Positions 1-8,524 of a stretch of DNA of 40,378 nucleotides are shown one piece after another. The stretch spans positions 1 to 40,378 of the forward strand of contig JAQBGU010000126.1 of NCBI GenBank assembly GCA_032128375.1, read 5' to 3'. This stretch comes from Deltaproteobacteria bacterium (lineage in GTDB: Bacteria > Myxococcota_A > UBA9160 > SMWR01). The position numbers were made by a program, and so were the translations under genes. How positions within the stretch are numbered: position 1 is the stretch's first letter; every line of letters starts with the position of its first letter. The notes under the pieces are model-generated. The model did not search any database. It saw nothing but the letters and a program-made list of their open reading frames with translations, and was not told the origin of the DNA.

Positions 1-173
1 CCTCCAACAGCTCGCGAAATGTGAGCTTGGCGACTATCTCTTCGCTGGTGGTAGCTTCGCAAGTTGTTCCCGAACGCCGGTTCACTGATGCAAGTATTGT
101 CTCTTTTTCCGGGAGCAGTTCATTTAGTACTGTGGAAATCGTCGCAACGTTCGCTCGCAAGGCCGGTTCTTGT
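1..173 (-). CDS. Partial ORF of unknown function, cut by the IS and running off the window edge
   Basis: One minus frame is open across the whole segment (QEPALRANVATISTVLNELLPEKETILASVNRR...KLTFRELLE). The segment is visibly more AT-rich than the rest of the window and abuts the IS end. Confidence 0.4.
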
Positions 174-2138
174 CTAAGCCGAAGTTCTGCTTGAATGGCG
201 ACGTAAGTTCTCGTCGCGGCTAAGAAACCGCGTGAAGTAGATGTGCGCTTTCTGACTACGTTGGAATCGGGATCTCGAGCAAGTCGAAGGCTCTTCGCTG
301 GAGATCCGTGGGAACGGTCAACTGGTTGAAAGTAGGCAGATCGCCTTTGGGTTGAATGGTGTTGTTGGTCAGCGTAGCCAGGTAGTTGAGTAGTCCTCGG
401 AAGCGATGGACGGTTTCGCCTTCGGGTGTTTTGTGGGTCAAGGCCTTGGCCTCAGCGCTCTGCGACCGTGTAGCGGGCTTGACTACAGTGGCGCGTCGCT
501 TCGCAGCATTTGTGGGATCGTCCTCGGCGAACAGAAGAGGTGCCCATGCCCTTCGCATGTGCCATTCCACGTAGTAGGCCAGCATGCACAGGAACACGTG
601 AGCGCGTACGCGCTCCGCAAGTCGGTGGTGAATGGGCCGGACGTGGAGATCCACCGTTTTCATGCAGCGGAAGGCACGCTCGACTTTCGCGAGATCCTTG
701 TACGCGCGTACCGTCTGTTCGGCCCCGAGCACCTCCTTTGGCAGCGAGGTCCGGATGACGTAGATGCCATCGAGCGCCGCCTCGGCCTCGATCGCGTCTT
801 GCTTGCGCAAGTACGTGAACGTCGTATCGGTGATCGCAAGCTCGAAGTGTTTCGCCATCTTGAATCGGCCCAGCATCTTACCGACCCGCAGGCCGATCCG
901 CGCCTCGCCTCGCAGAGCGCGCTTGTCACGCCGGGTGGCCGCGGCGATCTTCTCGAGCTCGCGCTGCGTCGCCTGGAGGAGATCCTCCCGCTTGCGCGCT
1001 CGCTCGGCGGCCAGCAGCGGGTTGAAACAGGCAATCAACCGCTCGCCCGGAAAGTCGGGGTGACGGATCTCGGCGAGGTCGGCCTCGTCGAACAGCGACA
1101 GCTGCAGGGGCCCGTCGTCCTCGGCCAGCTTGCGGATCTGCTCGGAACGCAAGGCACTCACCCAGTCGAGCCCATCGACTGGAGCAAGCTCTTCACGAAT
1201 TCGCGCGCTGGTCAGCATTCCCCGGTCGCCGACGAACACAACGCGAGAGAGGCCGAACCGCGTGCGCACCTTTTCGATCTGATCTTTGAGCGTCACGGGG
1301 TCGCCGGTGTTGCCCTCGTAGACTTGAATGGCCACGGGGCAGCCGTCGGCATTGCACAGCAGGCCGAAGACGATCTGGAGTGATCCCTTCTTGCCGTCGC
1401 GGGAGTGACCAATCCGGCCTAACGGACAGCATCGACCTTCGAGATAGCTGGAACTCACGTCGTAGAGCACGAGAGTGCCATCGTGTAGATGACGCTCAGC
1501 CAGCTTCTTCTCGATCCTGACTTGGCGTTCACCGAGCCAGTCCATGGCGGCGTAAAGGTCTTCGGCCTCGACGGCTTCGAGCCCAAGGCTCTCCCCGAGT
1601 GTCGATGTGGCGCTGTCGGGATCGAGGGCTCGCGCGGTGGCGAGCTTGGAGTCGGGGGCGAGCACGCGGGAAACGATCAGCGCGACGGACCGGTCGCGCT
1701 CCGGACTGCGCCGCGCCGCCAGCAGGCGATCGAGGCCGAGTTTCTTGAGGGTACCGAGCACGGCGGCGACATGGCCGTGGGGCCGCGAGCGCAAGACGCT
1801 GAAGGCTGGGTCGGCCGCGACCAAAGGTTCATCGCGCAGCAATCGCCGGAGGGCTTCAATCTTGGGTGCGGGCCAATCCGAGAGGTTGGCGAGGGTGCGT
1901 TTTCGTACCCGCGTCCCCTCGCGCCAGCCTTCGCGCAACAGGATCGCGGGCCGCGAGGAGCGATTGGGGACCGTCTCGATGTACATGGGAACGAGGCATA
2001 GCCCACTGGCGGCAGATTTTCACCCATTTTATCAAAATTACATGGGAACAATATCTTCCACAGATCAACCCCATTCTCAAACAACTTCAAACACTTACGA
2101 CCAGATTGGGGCGCGATAGCCAGGGAACTTCGGGCTAG
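174..2138 (-). mobile_element. IS1634-family insertion sequence
   Basis: Imperfect terminal inverted repeats CTAAGCCGAAGTTC (174-187) and GAACTTCGGGCTAG (2125-2138) match at 12/14 and enclose one DDE transposase. The exact ends are uncertain by 3-4 bp. Confidence 0.85.
256..1986 (-). CDS. IS1634-family DDE transposase
   Basis: N-terminus MYIETVPNR...LLREGWREG...KRTLANLS; acidic triad contexts LYDVSSSY, VGDRGM and VERAFR; RPIHHRLAERVRAHVFLCMLAYY. Confidence 0.92.
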   Translation of the reverse strand: MYIETVPNRSSRPAILLREGWREGTRVRKRTLANLSDWPAPKIEALRRLLRDEPLVAADPAFSVLRSRPHGHVAAVLGTLKKLGLDRLLAARRSPERDRSVALIVSRVLAPDSKLATARALDPDSATSTLGESLGLEAVEAEDLYAAMDWLGERQVRIEKKLAERHLHDGTLVLYDVSSSYLEGRCCPLGRIGHSRDGKKGSLQIVFGLLCNADGCPVAIQVYEGNTGDPVTLKDQIEKVRTRFGLSRVVFVGDRGMLTSARIREELAPVDGLDWVSALRSEQIRKLAEDDGPLQLSLFDEADLAEIRHPDFPGERLIACFNPLLAAERARKREDLLQATQRELEKIAAATRRDKRALRGEARIGLRVGKMLGRFKMAKHFELAITDTTFTYLRKQDAIEAEAALDGIYVIRTSLPKEVLGAEQTVRAYKDLAKVERAFRCMKTVDLHVRPIHHRLAERVRAHVFLCMLAYYVEWHMRRAWAPLLFAEDDPTNAAKRRATVVKPATRSQSAEAKALTHKTPEGETVHRFRGLLNYLATLTNNTIQPKGDLPTFNQLTVPTDLQRRAFDLLEIPIPT

Positions 2139-2232
2139 TCGCGGTCGTCCGGAGATTCAGGGACGCCCAGATCCGTCGCCCTGTGGTGTTCCCCGGCAAT
2201 TCCCCCCTGCGGCGACAAAGAGATTTCATTCC

Positions 2233-3078
2233 ATGTCGATTCTAGGTTTCAGAGCGCTCCGATTACCCGGAGCGCTCTGCGCTGCAACCCTCACTTTCGC
2301 CTGCACGACACCTGCGTCCTTCACCCCAGTGGCCACTTCGGAACACCCGACTCTGAGCGCACTTCCCCGCATCGAGCCGACACAGGGCCGGATCGTCCTT
2401 TATCGCAAGGCGAAAGCCGAAGGACCGAATCACGCGCTCACCATGATCGATGCTGACAGCACCTTCGACATCCGACCGGGGCGCTTCACTCATCGCGACG
2501 TCGCGCCGGGCGAGCACAGGGTCGAAGTCGTGCTGGCGGAAAGGGACTACACGAAGCTCTTGGCAGGACCCATCGGCCGCCGGCTCGAGAAGCGCGTGCT
2601 CAACCATCGACTCTACGGAAAACCTTTACACGTCGAGATCCGCGCCGGCGAAACGAGCTACGTCGAGGTGGCGACAGCGGGCGTAGGGGTCAGCGAAAAC
2701 GCTGGTTTGGGCGGGGCAACCGGCTACTCGACAGAATCGGGGTCCCGATCCGGCTCACACTTTGTGACGTTGACTCCCAGCTACCATTCGGCCGCGCAGG
2801 TGCCAGGCCTGCGCTACCGCGTGCTGTTCCCGACCTTGATTGGTGCCGACGCGGGTTCCGCGCAGTCCGCGCTCCGCCTCGCGACCCGATGCGGGCCGGA
2901 ATGCAGCGTGTCACCGAAGATTGCGGAGTTGGCGACCCGCTCGCGGCGCAGCTCGCCGATCGCCTCGAGCCCACCGGCGACATCCCCGACACCACCCAAC
3001 GCGAGCGATCGCTCAGCCCCTGCACGCGAGGCGGCGGCCGAGGAACTCGTCAACGCCGTCACCGACAGCTCCTCGTAG
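2233..3078 (+). CDS. Putative lipoprotein, DUF2846-like
   Basis: Signal peptide with lipobox LTFAC; GRIVLYR...PGRFTHRDVAPGEHRV...IRAGETSYVEV pattern. The low-complexity C-terminal tail is uncertain. Confidence 0.55.
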   Translation: MSILGFRALRLPGALCAATLTFACTTPASFTPVATSEHPTLSALPRIEPTQGRIVLYRKAKAEGPNHALTMIDADSTFDIRPGRFTHRDVAPGEHRVEVVLAERDYTKLLAGPIGRRLEKRVLNHRLYGKPLHVEIRAGETSYVEVATAGVGVSENAGLGGATGYSTESGSRSGSHFVTLTPSYHSAAQVPGLRYRVLFPTLIGADAGSAQSALRLATRCGPECSVSPKIAELATRSRRSSPIASSPPATSPTPPNASDRSAPAREAAAEELVNAVTDSSS

Positions 3079-3158
3079 AGACCAGCGTCAGTGCTCGTTC
3101 GATCATCCTCCTCGTCGACTCCGAAATCACGGCCGGCTTCGATTCCGTCGAGGCTTAC

Positions 3159-4178
3159 TCAACCAGACGCGAGGCGATCGATGACATTCTCGACCAGCGC
3201 TGCTCCGATCCACGCGAGTGGCGGGATGACAACGTAGAAGGCGAACCTCGAGAGCAATGCCGTATCCAGCGGCCACGTGCGCTGTTGGCGGATGCGATCG
3301 CGGTGCGCCAACAACGCTTCGAAGCGCAGGATTCCTTCGCTGCCTCGGGCGTGTCTCGTCTGGCTCACGAGTTCATCGATCTGCTCGAGTTGTCGGCGCT
3401 TCTCTCCGCGCATGCGCAGGTGAATCGACCGCAGCGGCCAAAGGAGCAGCAAGGTGGCGCCAGGAATCATCACCAGCGCACTCGAGCGGTAGTTGGCCCA
3501 GCGAAATTCAGCATCCAGAGATTGGAGAGCCGTCAGCGCCAACCCGCCCGCGATGACCACGACATCGAGTAAACGCGAGCGCACCAGAGGTTTGAGCCGC
3601 CCTGGATTGAACAGATCGATTTCGACGTCGTCCCCGAGCCGACTGAATGCGAGCGCAGCGATGACCCGCATCCCGCCCGCCAACCCAACACCCACCCAGA
3701 GAATGAACTGGCCGATCGAGAGGCTGAGGTCGACGACCTGCGTCGAACTCAGCGCAATGGCTTCTGACAGCTGGGTGTTGAAGGGCGCCATCGCGAGCCC
3801 CGCAAGGCCGCCCCAGACCCACGACTTGCGGAGTGCACCGCGAATCGCGCTGGCGGCATCGTCCACAATGCCGGGATCCGGTAGATCGATTCGCAGCTGT
3901 TCGACGAACTCGAGAGAACGCCGCTGACAAACGAAACCCGTCGCGATGATGTAAGCCGGTAACAGGATCAACATCAACACCATCCCAATGGCCTGACGGC
4001 TAGAGGTCGCGTACGAAGGGAGTTCGTCAGAAGACAGCGCACCGGCGGCAGCATAGAAACCCGTCAGCAGCAGCACTGCAGTACAACTCGCGAATGTTGC
4101 GGGATATCGGCTCACGGCCGCATGCATCGCAGTCTTCTCCGGTGGCCTAACGCCCAGCCAGGCCGCTTCCTCCTGCAC
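3159..4178 (-). CDS. Hypothetical multi-pass membrane protein
   Basis: About 7 hydrophobic segments; C-terminal RTWPLD...YVVIPPLAWIGAALVE. Start uncertain. Confidence 0.7.
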   Translation of the reverse strand: MQEEAAWLGVRPPEKTAMHAAVSRYPATFASCTAVLLLTGFYAAAGALSSDELPSYATSSRQAIGMVLMLILLPAYIIATGFVCQRRSLEFVEQLRIDLPDPGIVDDAASAIRGALRKSWVWGGLAGLAMAPFNTQLSEAIALSSTQVVDLSLSIGQFILWVGVGLAGGMRVIAALAFSRLGDDVEIDLFNPGRLKPLVRSRLLDVVVIAGGLALTALQSLDAEFRWANYRSSALVMIPGATLLLLWPLRSIHLRMRGEKRRQLEQIDELVSQTRHARGSEGILRFEALLAHRDRIRQQRTWPLDTALLSRFAFYVVIPPLAWIGAALVENVIDRLASG

Positions 4179-4262
4179 GTTAGCCGCCCTCGTCCGAATC
4201 AGAAAACGCCACGTGCGGCGCGGCGTGCGCGAAACCGAGAGCCCCGATCAACCCAGCTTGTT

Positions 4263-4859
4263 CTAGAAGCTCCCTTTGTCGGCTCGCCCAGCTCTGATCG
4301 GACGCAGCGAACTCAGATCGACCGGCTCCTTGATGATCTTCCGACAGATTGCGAGGTTTGCTGCGAAGCTCTTGCGGTCGCGCATCCGTTCGGTGTGGGC
4401 CACGACAGCGGGCCAGCGGGCTGAATCCGGTAACCCCGCGACGAGTTCCAAATTCGTCAGCTGGTACGCGACTGAAACGTCCGCGATCGACATTGCAGCA
4501 CCGATCAAAAATTCCTTTCCAGCCAACTCACCTTCCAGGTAGTCGAACACACGGGGGAGCTTCTCGTTCCAAGTCTGCCGTGCGGTCTCCAGATCCGGTT
4601 CCTTCTTCTGGAACCGAGCGAACAGGATCGGCCGGAACACCCCCAGCCCGATCGGCCCGGCCAGTTCTGTGTCCGCCCACTCCTCCAACCAGACCGCGCG
4701 CCCGTGCTCGAAGGGATCGGCCGGGTACACGGCCGGGGTCGGGAACTTCTTTTCGAGGAATGCGCAGATCGCTGATGAATCGGGAATCGTCCCGGCCGTC
4801 CCTTGTTGGCCAATCGACTTGTCGCGGAGCACGGGAATTCGGCGTGCCGGGCTGATTCG
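4263..4859 (-). pseudogene. Glutathione S-transferase, 5'-truncated
   Basis: ISPARRIPVLRD, PDSSAICAFLE, AVWLEEWAD and FLIGAAMSIADVSV are GST motifs. The N-terminal SPFVRK-type segment is absent from all three upstream frames. Confidence 0.7.
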
Positions 4860-4993
4860 AAATTTCGACTTCCCTGGTGCGACTGAGAGGCAGGCTGAGA
4901 GGCCTGCACGGAGAAATCGCGGGCATTCTTGTGACATGCAGGCTGCCACAATAGCTGAATCGGGAATCCATGGCCGCCGGCTCGGCATCCAGA

Positions 4994-5036
4994 TGAGTAT
5001 CTATTGAATACTTCTATTTGATCTGTTAGATACTCA
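4994..5036. promoter_or_regulatory. Candidate operator/promoter of the HxlR-SCP2 gene
   Basis: Perfect inverted repeat TGAGTATCTA (4994-5003) / TAGATACTCA (5027-5036) in an AT-rich patch ending just before the ATG at 5038; TTGAAT-N17-TAGATA overlaps it. Confidence 0.6.
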
Positions 5037-5037
5037 G

Positions 5038-5805
5038 ATGATGACAGGCGAGATATCCAGAGCATCTCAGAGCCAGGACGAGGCGACAGCCCGCCCAGGG
5101 GTGCCCAGGCCGGGCGGCATCTACGATCCGGTCGCGCGAACCCTGGACGCGATCGGTGACCGCTGGAGCCTGGTGCTGGTTCGCCATCTGCTGCTCGGTC
5201 CTCGCGGCTTTCAAGATCTTCGACAGCGCACCGGCATCGCGCCCCGCGTGCTGTCCAGTCGGCTGCGCGATCTACGGGCCAATGGCTTTGTTGAGGCACT
5301 CGAATCCGGCGGCTACGAGCTTACGGAACGCGGCCTCTCACTGGAGCCGATCGTGTCCTCGATCGCGCGTTGGTTCACCCGCCACGGCTTGGACGCGCTG
5401 CAGCTCGACATCTCGCAATTCACCGAGACATCGGCGCAATCCGTCCTCGAGTCTTTGCCCTTCTTACTGCGTGAACGAGACGCCAATACGACCGACGTCA
5501 CATTCGAAATCCGCCTCACCGGCGCAGGCGGAGGCGTATGGTCGGTGCGAATCGAGACCGGACAGTGCCATGTCGAACAGGGCTTCGCCGAACACGCCGA
5601 CGTCCGGTACACGGCCGACGCCAAAGTGTGGTGCGCCATGGCACTGGGGCTCGCTGACGCGCGCGACCTGGTCAAGCGCGGACTGGTCACCAAGGACGGG
5701 GGCCCCGCTGCGATGGACCACTACTTTCATCAGATTTCACACCCCGAGCCGACATCGGTAACGGCGGAGGGAGACAACACCCTTTTACGAGACAACAATC
5801 GATAG
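5038..5805 (+). CDS. HxlR-family winged-helix regulator with C-terminal SCP2 lipid-binding domain
   Basis: DPVARTLDAIGDRWSLVLVRHLLLGPRGFQDL...GIAPRVLSSRLRDL...YELTERG; C-terminal FEIRLTGAGGGVWSVRI...ADVRYTAD (SCP2-like). Confidence 0.88.
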   Translation: MMTGEISRASQSQDEATARPGVPRPGGIYDPVARTLDAIGDRWSLVLVRHLLLGPRGFQDLRQRTGIAPRVLSSRLRDLRANGFVEALESGGYELTERGLSLEPIVSSIARWFTRHGLDALQLDISQFTETSAQSVLESLPFLLRERDANTTDVTFEIRLTGAGGGVWSVRIETGQCHVEQGFAEHADVRYTADAKVWCAMALGLADARDLVKRGLVTKDGGPAAMDHYFHQISHPEPTSVTAEGDNTLLRDNNR

Positions 5806-5814
5806 GAGTACACA

Positions 5815-6915
5815 GTGATTTCATTTGGAATGTCGGAAGAGCAGGAGCTCATCCGCGACACGCTGCGCGAGTTCGCCAACGAGGCGATGCGCCCTATTGC
5901 ACGTGATTGCGACGAGACCGCACAAATCCCACAGGGTTTTCTGGACGGCATCTGGGAGCTCGGGCTGACCAACACGCAGATCGCCGAGCAGTATGGAGGC
6001 GGCGGCGAAGAACGCTCGCCGGTGACTAACGCGATCCTGCTCGAGGAGCTGGGCTTCGGTGACGTCGCGCTGGCGATTGCTGCCACGGCACCCAACGCGT
6101 TCGTCAATGCGATCGCCGATCACGGCACTGAGGAACAGAAGCAGGCGCTGCTACCGCTGTTTTGCGGCGACAGTTTTCACGTCGCCTCGCTGGCGGTACT
6201 CGAACACGGGCCGCTCGCAGATCCCGCTGCACCGCTGACCAAAGCCGAGCCGAAGGGTGACGACGGGTTCGTGCTGACTGGCAGAAAGAGCTGGGTGGTA
6301 CTCGGTGACCGCGCGAGTCACTTCCTGGTGTTTGCGCGCAACAACGGCGGTGTCGACGCGTTCATCGTTCCAAGTGACGCAGAGGGCCTGTCGATCAGCG
6401 AACCCGAGAAGAATGTCGGATTGCGCGGATTGACGACAGTCTCGATCGAACTGGAGCGGGTCGCTGTTGGCCCAGAGGCAAAACTCGGTGGCACACAGGG
6501 TTGTGATGTCCGCGCCATTCTCGATGCTTCGCGGGCGGCACATTCCGCGATTCTGGTCGGTGCGTGCCGGGGCATCCTCGAATTCTGCGTGCCCTACACC
6601 AAGGACCGCGTCGCGTTCGATGAGCCAATCGCAAAGAAGCAGTCCATCGCGTTCCGACTGGCCGAGATGCACATCGAAGTGGAAGCCATGCGTTGGATGA
6701 CATGGAAGACGGCTAGCCACGTCAGCCAGGGTCACGAAGATGCAACCAAGCAGGCGCATCTGACACGTCAGTATGTGTCCGAGAAAGCCATGTGGATCGC
6801 CGACAACGGCATCCAGGTCTTTGGCGGCCACGGCTTCATTCGCGAGTATCCCGTCGAGATGTGGTTCCGCAACGTGCGAACCCTGACGGTTCTCGAAGCG
6901 CTCGCGGGCGTCTGA
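5815..6915 (+). CDS. Acyl-CoA dehydrogenase (FadE24-like subunit)
   Basis: GTG start after AGGAG; YTKDRVAFDEPIAKKQSIAFRLA; QVFGGHGFIREYPVEMWFR; short C-terminus. Confidence 0.9.
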   Translation: MISFGMSEEQELIRDTLREFANEAMRPIARDCDETAQIPQGFLDGIWELGLTNTQIAEQYGGGGEERSPVTNAILLEELGFGDVALAIAATAPNAFVNAIADHGTEEQKQALLPLFCGDSFHVASLAVLEHGPLADPAAPLTKAEPKGDDGFVLTGRKSWVVLGDRASHFLVFARNNGGVDAFIVPSDAEGLSISEPEKNVGLRGLTTVSIELERVAVGPEAKLGGTQGCDVRAILDASRAAHSAILVGACRGILEFCVPYTKDRVAFDEPIAKKQSIAFRLAEMHIEVEAMRWMTWKTASHVSQGHEDATKQAHLTRQYVSEKAMWIADNGIQVFGGHGFIREYPVEMWFRNVRTLTVLEALAGV

Positions 6916-6973
6916 GCCCGGCCTCATCCCCTCGTACCCACGCGCCTGTCAGGGCGCGTCGAACGGAGATCCA

Positions 6974-8155
6974 ATGATCGATTTCACACTGACCGAAAAC
7001 GACAAGGCGCGCTTGGCGCACATCTACGCGCAAGGCGAATTCGTCCGCCAGTTCGCCCGCGAAGCAGACGAAAACGAAGCGGAGCTTCCGCCCGAGATCC
7101 TGCCGGGTGCAGCGGAGTTCCTGGCGTCGCTCTCGCATCCAGGTGCCCCCGGTCCGGAGGACACGCAGGGCGCCGCAATGATGACGCTGAACACGATCGC
7201 TGCGTTCTGGGGCGACTACTCGCTGCGGCCGAAGCAGCCTGGCGGCGGAGGGCTCGGCAACGCGGCTCTGGCCGCCGCGGGCAGTGACGACCAGAAGGCG
7301 AAATGGAGTCACCTGACGCTTTCGATGGCGATCACAGAACCCGGTTGCGGTTCGGACCCCTCGCGTGTCGAGACGTCTGCGGTTCTCGATGAAGAGACCG
7401 ACGAATGGGTGATCAACGGCGAAAAAATCTTCGTCACCACCGGAATCCGTGCCCAGGGCGTGGTGCTGTGGGCGACCATCGACAAGTCGGCGGGCCGCGC
7501 GGGTATCAAGAGCTTCCTCGTCGAAAAGAGCGCCCCGGGGTTCACCGTGCCCGGCAAGGAAAAGAAGCTCGGGATCCGCTCCGACGACACCGCCGTCTAC
7601 CTGTTCAACGATTGCCGTATTCCGCGCGGTAACCTGCTGGGTGGCGACGAGAGCATCCCGAAGGCTTCTTCGGGTGGCTTTCGGGGCGTCATGAAAACGT
7701 TCAACATGACGCGTCCGCTGACGGCCGGGATGGGGCTGGGTCTCGCCAAGGCCGCGCTCGATTTCGCCCGTGAAGAACTCGAGAAGGCCGGTGTCATTGT
7801 GCAGTACGGCGCCGGGACCGCCCAACAGTCTGCGGCGGCCGACCGCTTCACGCGGCTAGAAGCACTCTACGAAGCGGCTGAGTTGACTACGCTGCGCGCC
7901 ACGTGGCTCGCGGGTGACGCCAAGCCCAACAATATGGAGTCTTCGGTCTGCAAGGCGCACGCCGGCTCTGCGGTTCGGGCGATCACCCAGGGCTTGGTGG
8001 ACTTGCTCGGTCCGATGGGAATTTCGCGCGAGCATCTGATCGAGAAGTGGATGCGCGATTGCCGCATCACCGACATCTACGAGGGCACCGGAGAAATCCA
8101 GCGCTTGATCATCGCGCGGGGTCTGCTCGATTACACACGCGCAGATCTCAAATAA
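6974..8155 (+). CDS. Acyl-CoA dehydrogenase (FadE23-like subunit)
   Basis: MAITEPGCGSD, WVINGEKIFVT, KKLGIRSDDTA and EKWMRDCRITDIYEGTGEIQRLIIAR. Confidence 0.93.
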   Translation: MIDFTLTENDKARLAHIYAQGEFVRQFAREADENEAELPPEILPGAAEFLASLSHPGAPGPEDTQGAAMMTLNTIAAFWGDYSLRPKQPGGGGLGNAALAAAGSDDQKAKWSHLTLSMAITEPGCGSDPSRVETSAVLDEETDEWVINGEKIFVTTGIRAQGVVLWATIDKSAGRAGIKSFLVEKSAPGFTVPGKEKKLGIRSDDTAVYLFNDCRIPRGNLLGGDESIPKASSGGFRGVMKTFNMTRPLTAGMGLGLAKAALDFAREELEKAGVIVQYGAGTAQQSAAADRFTRLEALYEAAELTTLRATWLAGDAKPNNMESSVCKAHAGSAVRAITQGLVDLLGPMGISREHLIEKWMRDCRITDIYEGTGEIQRLIIARGLLDYTRADLK

Positions 8156-8178
8156 TTCAACGCTTCGCACCAACGTCC

Positions 8179-8211
8179 CCGGAGCCGTCGACCGAATGTC
8201 GGCGGCTCCGG
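8179..8211. terminator. Strong hairpin between convergent transcription units
   Basis: CCGGAGCCGTCGAC-cgaat-GTCGGCGGCTCCGG forms a 14-bp stem (one G-U), followed by a weak T-tract (ctgctttct). Confidence 0.6.
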
Positions 8212-8233
8212 CTGCTTTCTGGCTAGCGCTAGC

Positions 8234-8287
8234 AGCCCGACCCAAGATTGCCGGGCGACAACGTGGAAGCTTTCGCCACGCAACGGC
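8234..8287. repeat. Dispersed intergenic repeat, copy 1
   Basis: About 44/55 identity by manual alignment to 31158-31212, including an identical AGCCCGACCCAAGAT. Confidence 0.65.
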
Positions 8288-8288
8288 T

Positions 8289-8504
8289 CTAGGCGGAGCC
8301 GGCCTCATCCGCAGGATTCGACGCGTCGTGAGCCGCGCGCCAATGTTTGAGCCTGATCTCGTAGTAATCCCAGATGCACAGCCCGCATCCCGTGTCGCAA
8401 CACTCACGCGGTTCCGGTCGGCGCGGCGGATGCTTCAATCCGCGCTCCCGTGCGAACTGCAGCAGGCGCTCGTGTTCTGCCTCGGGGGTTCGCAGCATGA
8501 CCAT
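8289..8504 (-). CDS. Small Cys-rich oxidoreductase-like domain protein
   Basis: PPRRPEPRECCDTGCGLCIWDYY fits the P..P...CC.sGC..CVwD.Y pattern. Confidence 0.75.
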   Translation of the reverse strand: MVMLRTPEAEHERLLQFARERGLKHPPRRPEPRECCDTGCGLCIWDYYEIRLKHWRAAHDASNPADEAGSA

Positions 8505-8524
8505 GCCGAAGGACTGTAGGGCGG

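Noticed and set aside
406..1383. Long antisense ORFs (also 6836-7825, 10373-11275, 13598-15094, 21388-22617, 27070-28071)
   Set aside because: Shadow frames opposite well-supported genes, expected in GC-rich DNA, with no recognisable motifs.
2139..2229. Removing the IS gives an open minus frame from an ATG at 2229 into the 1-173 ORF
   Set aside because: The upstream part is not protein-like and starts 3 bp from a divergent gene start; probably chance.
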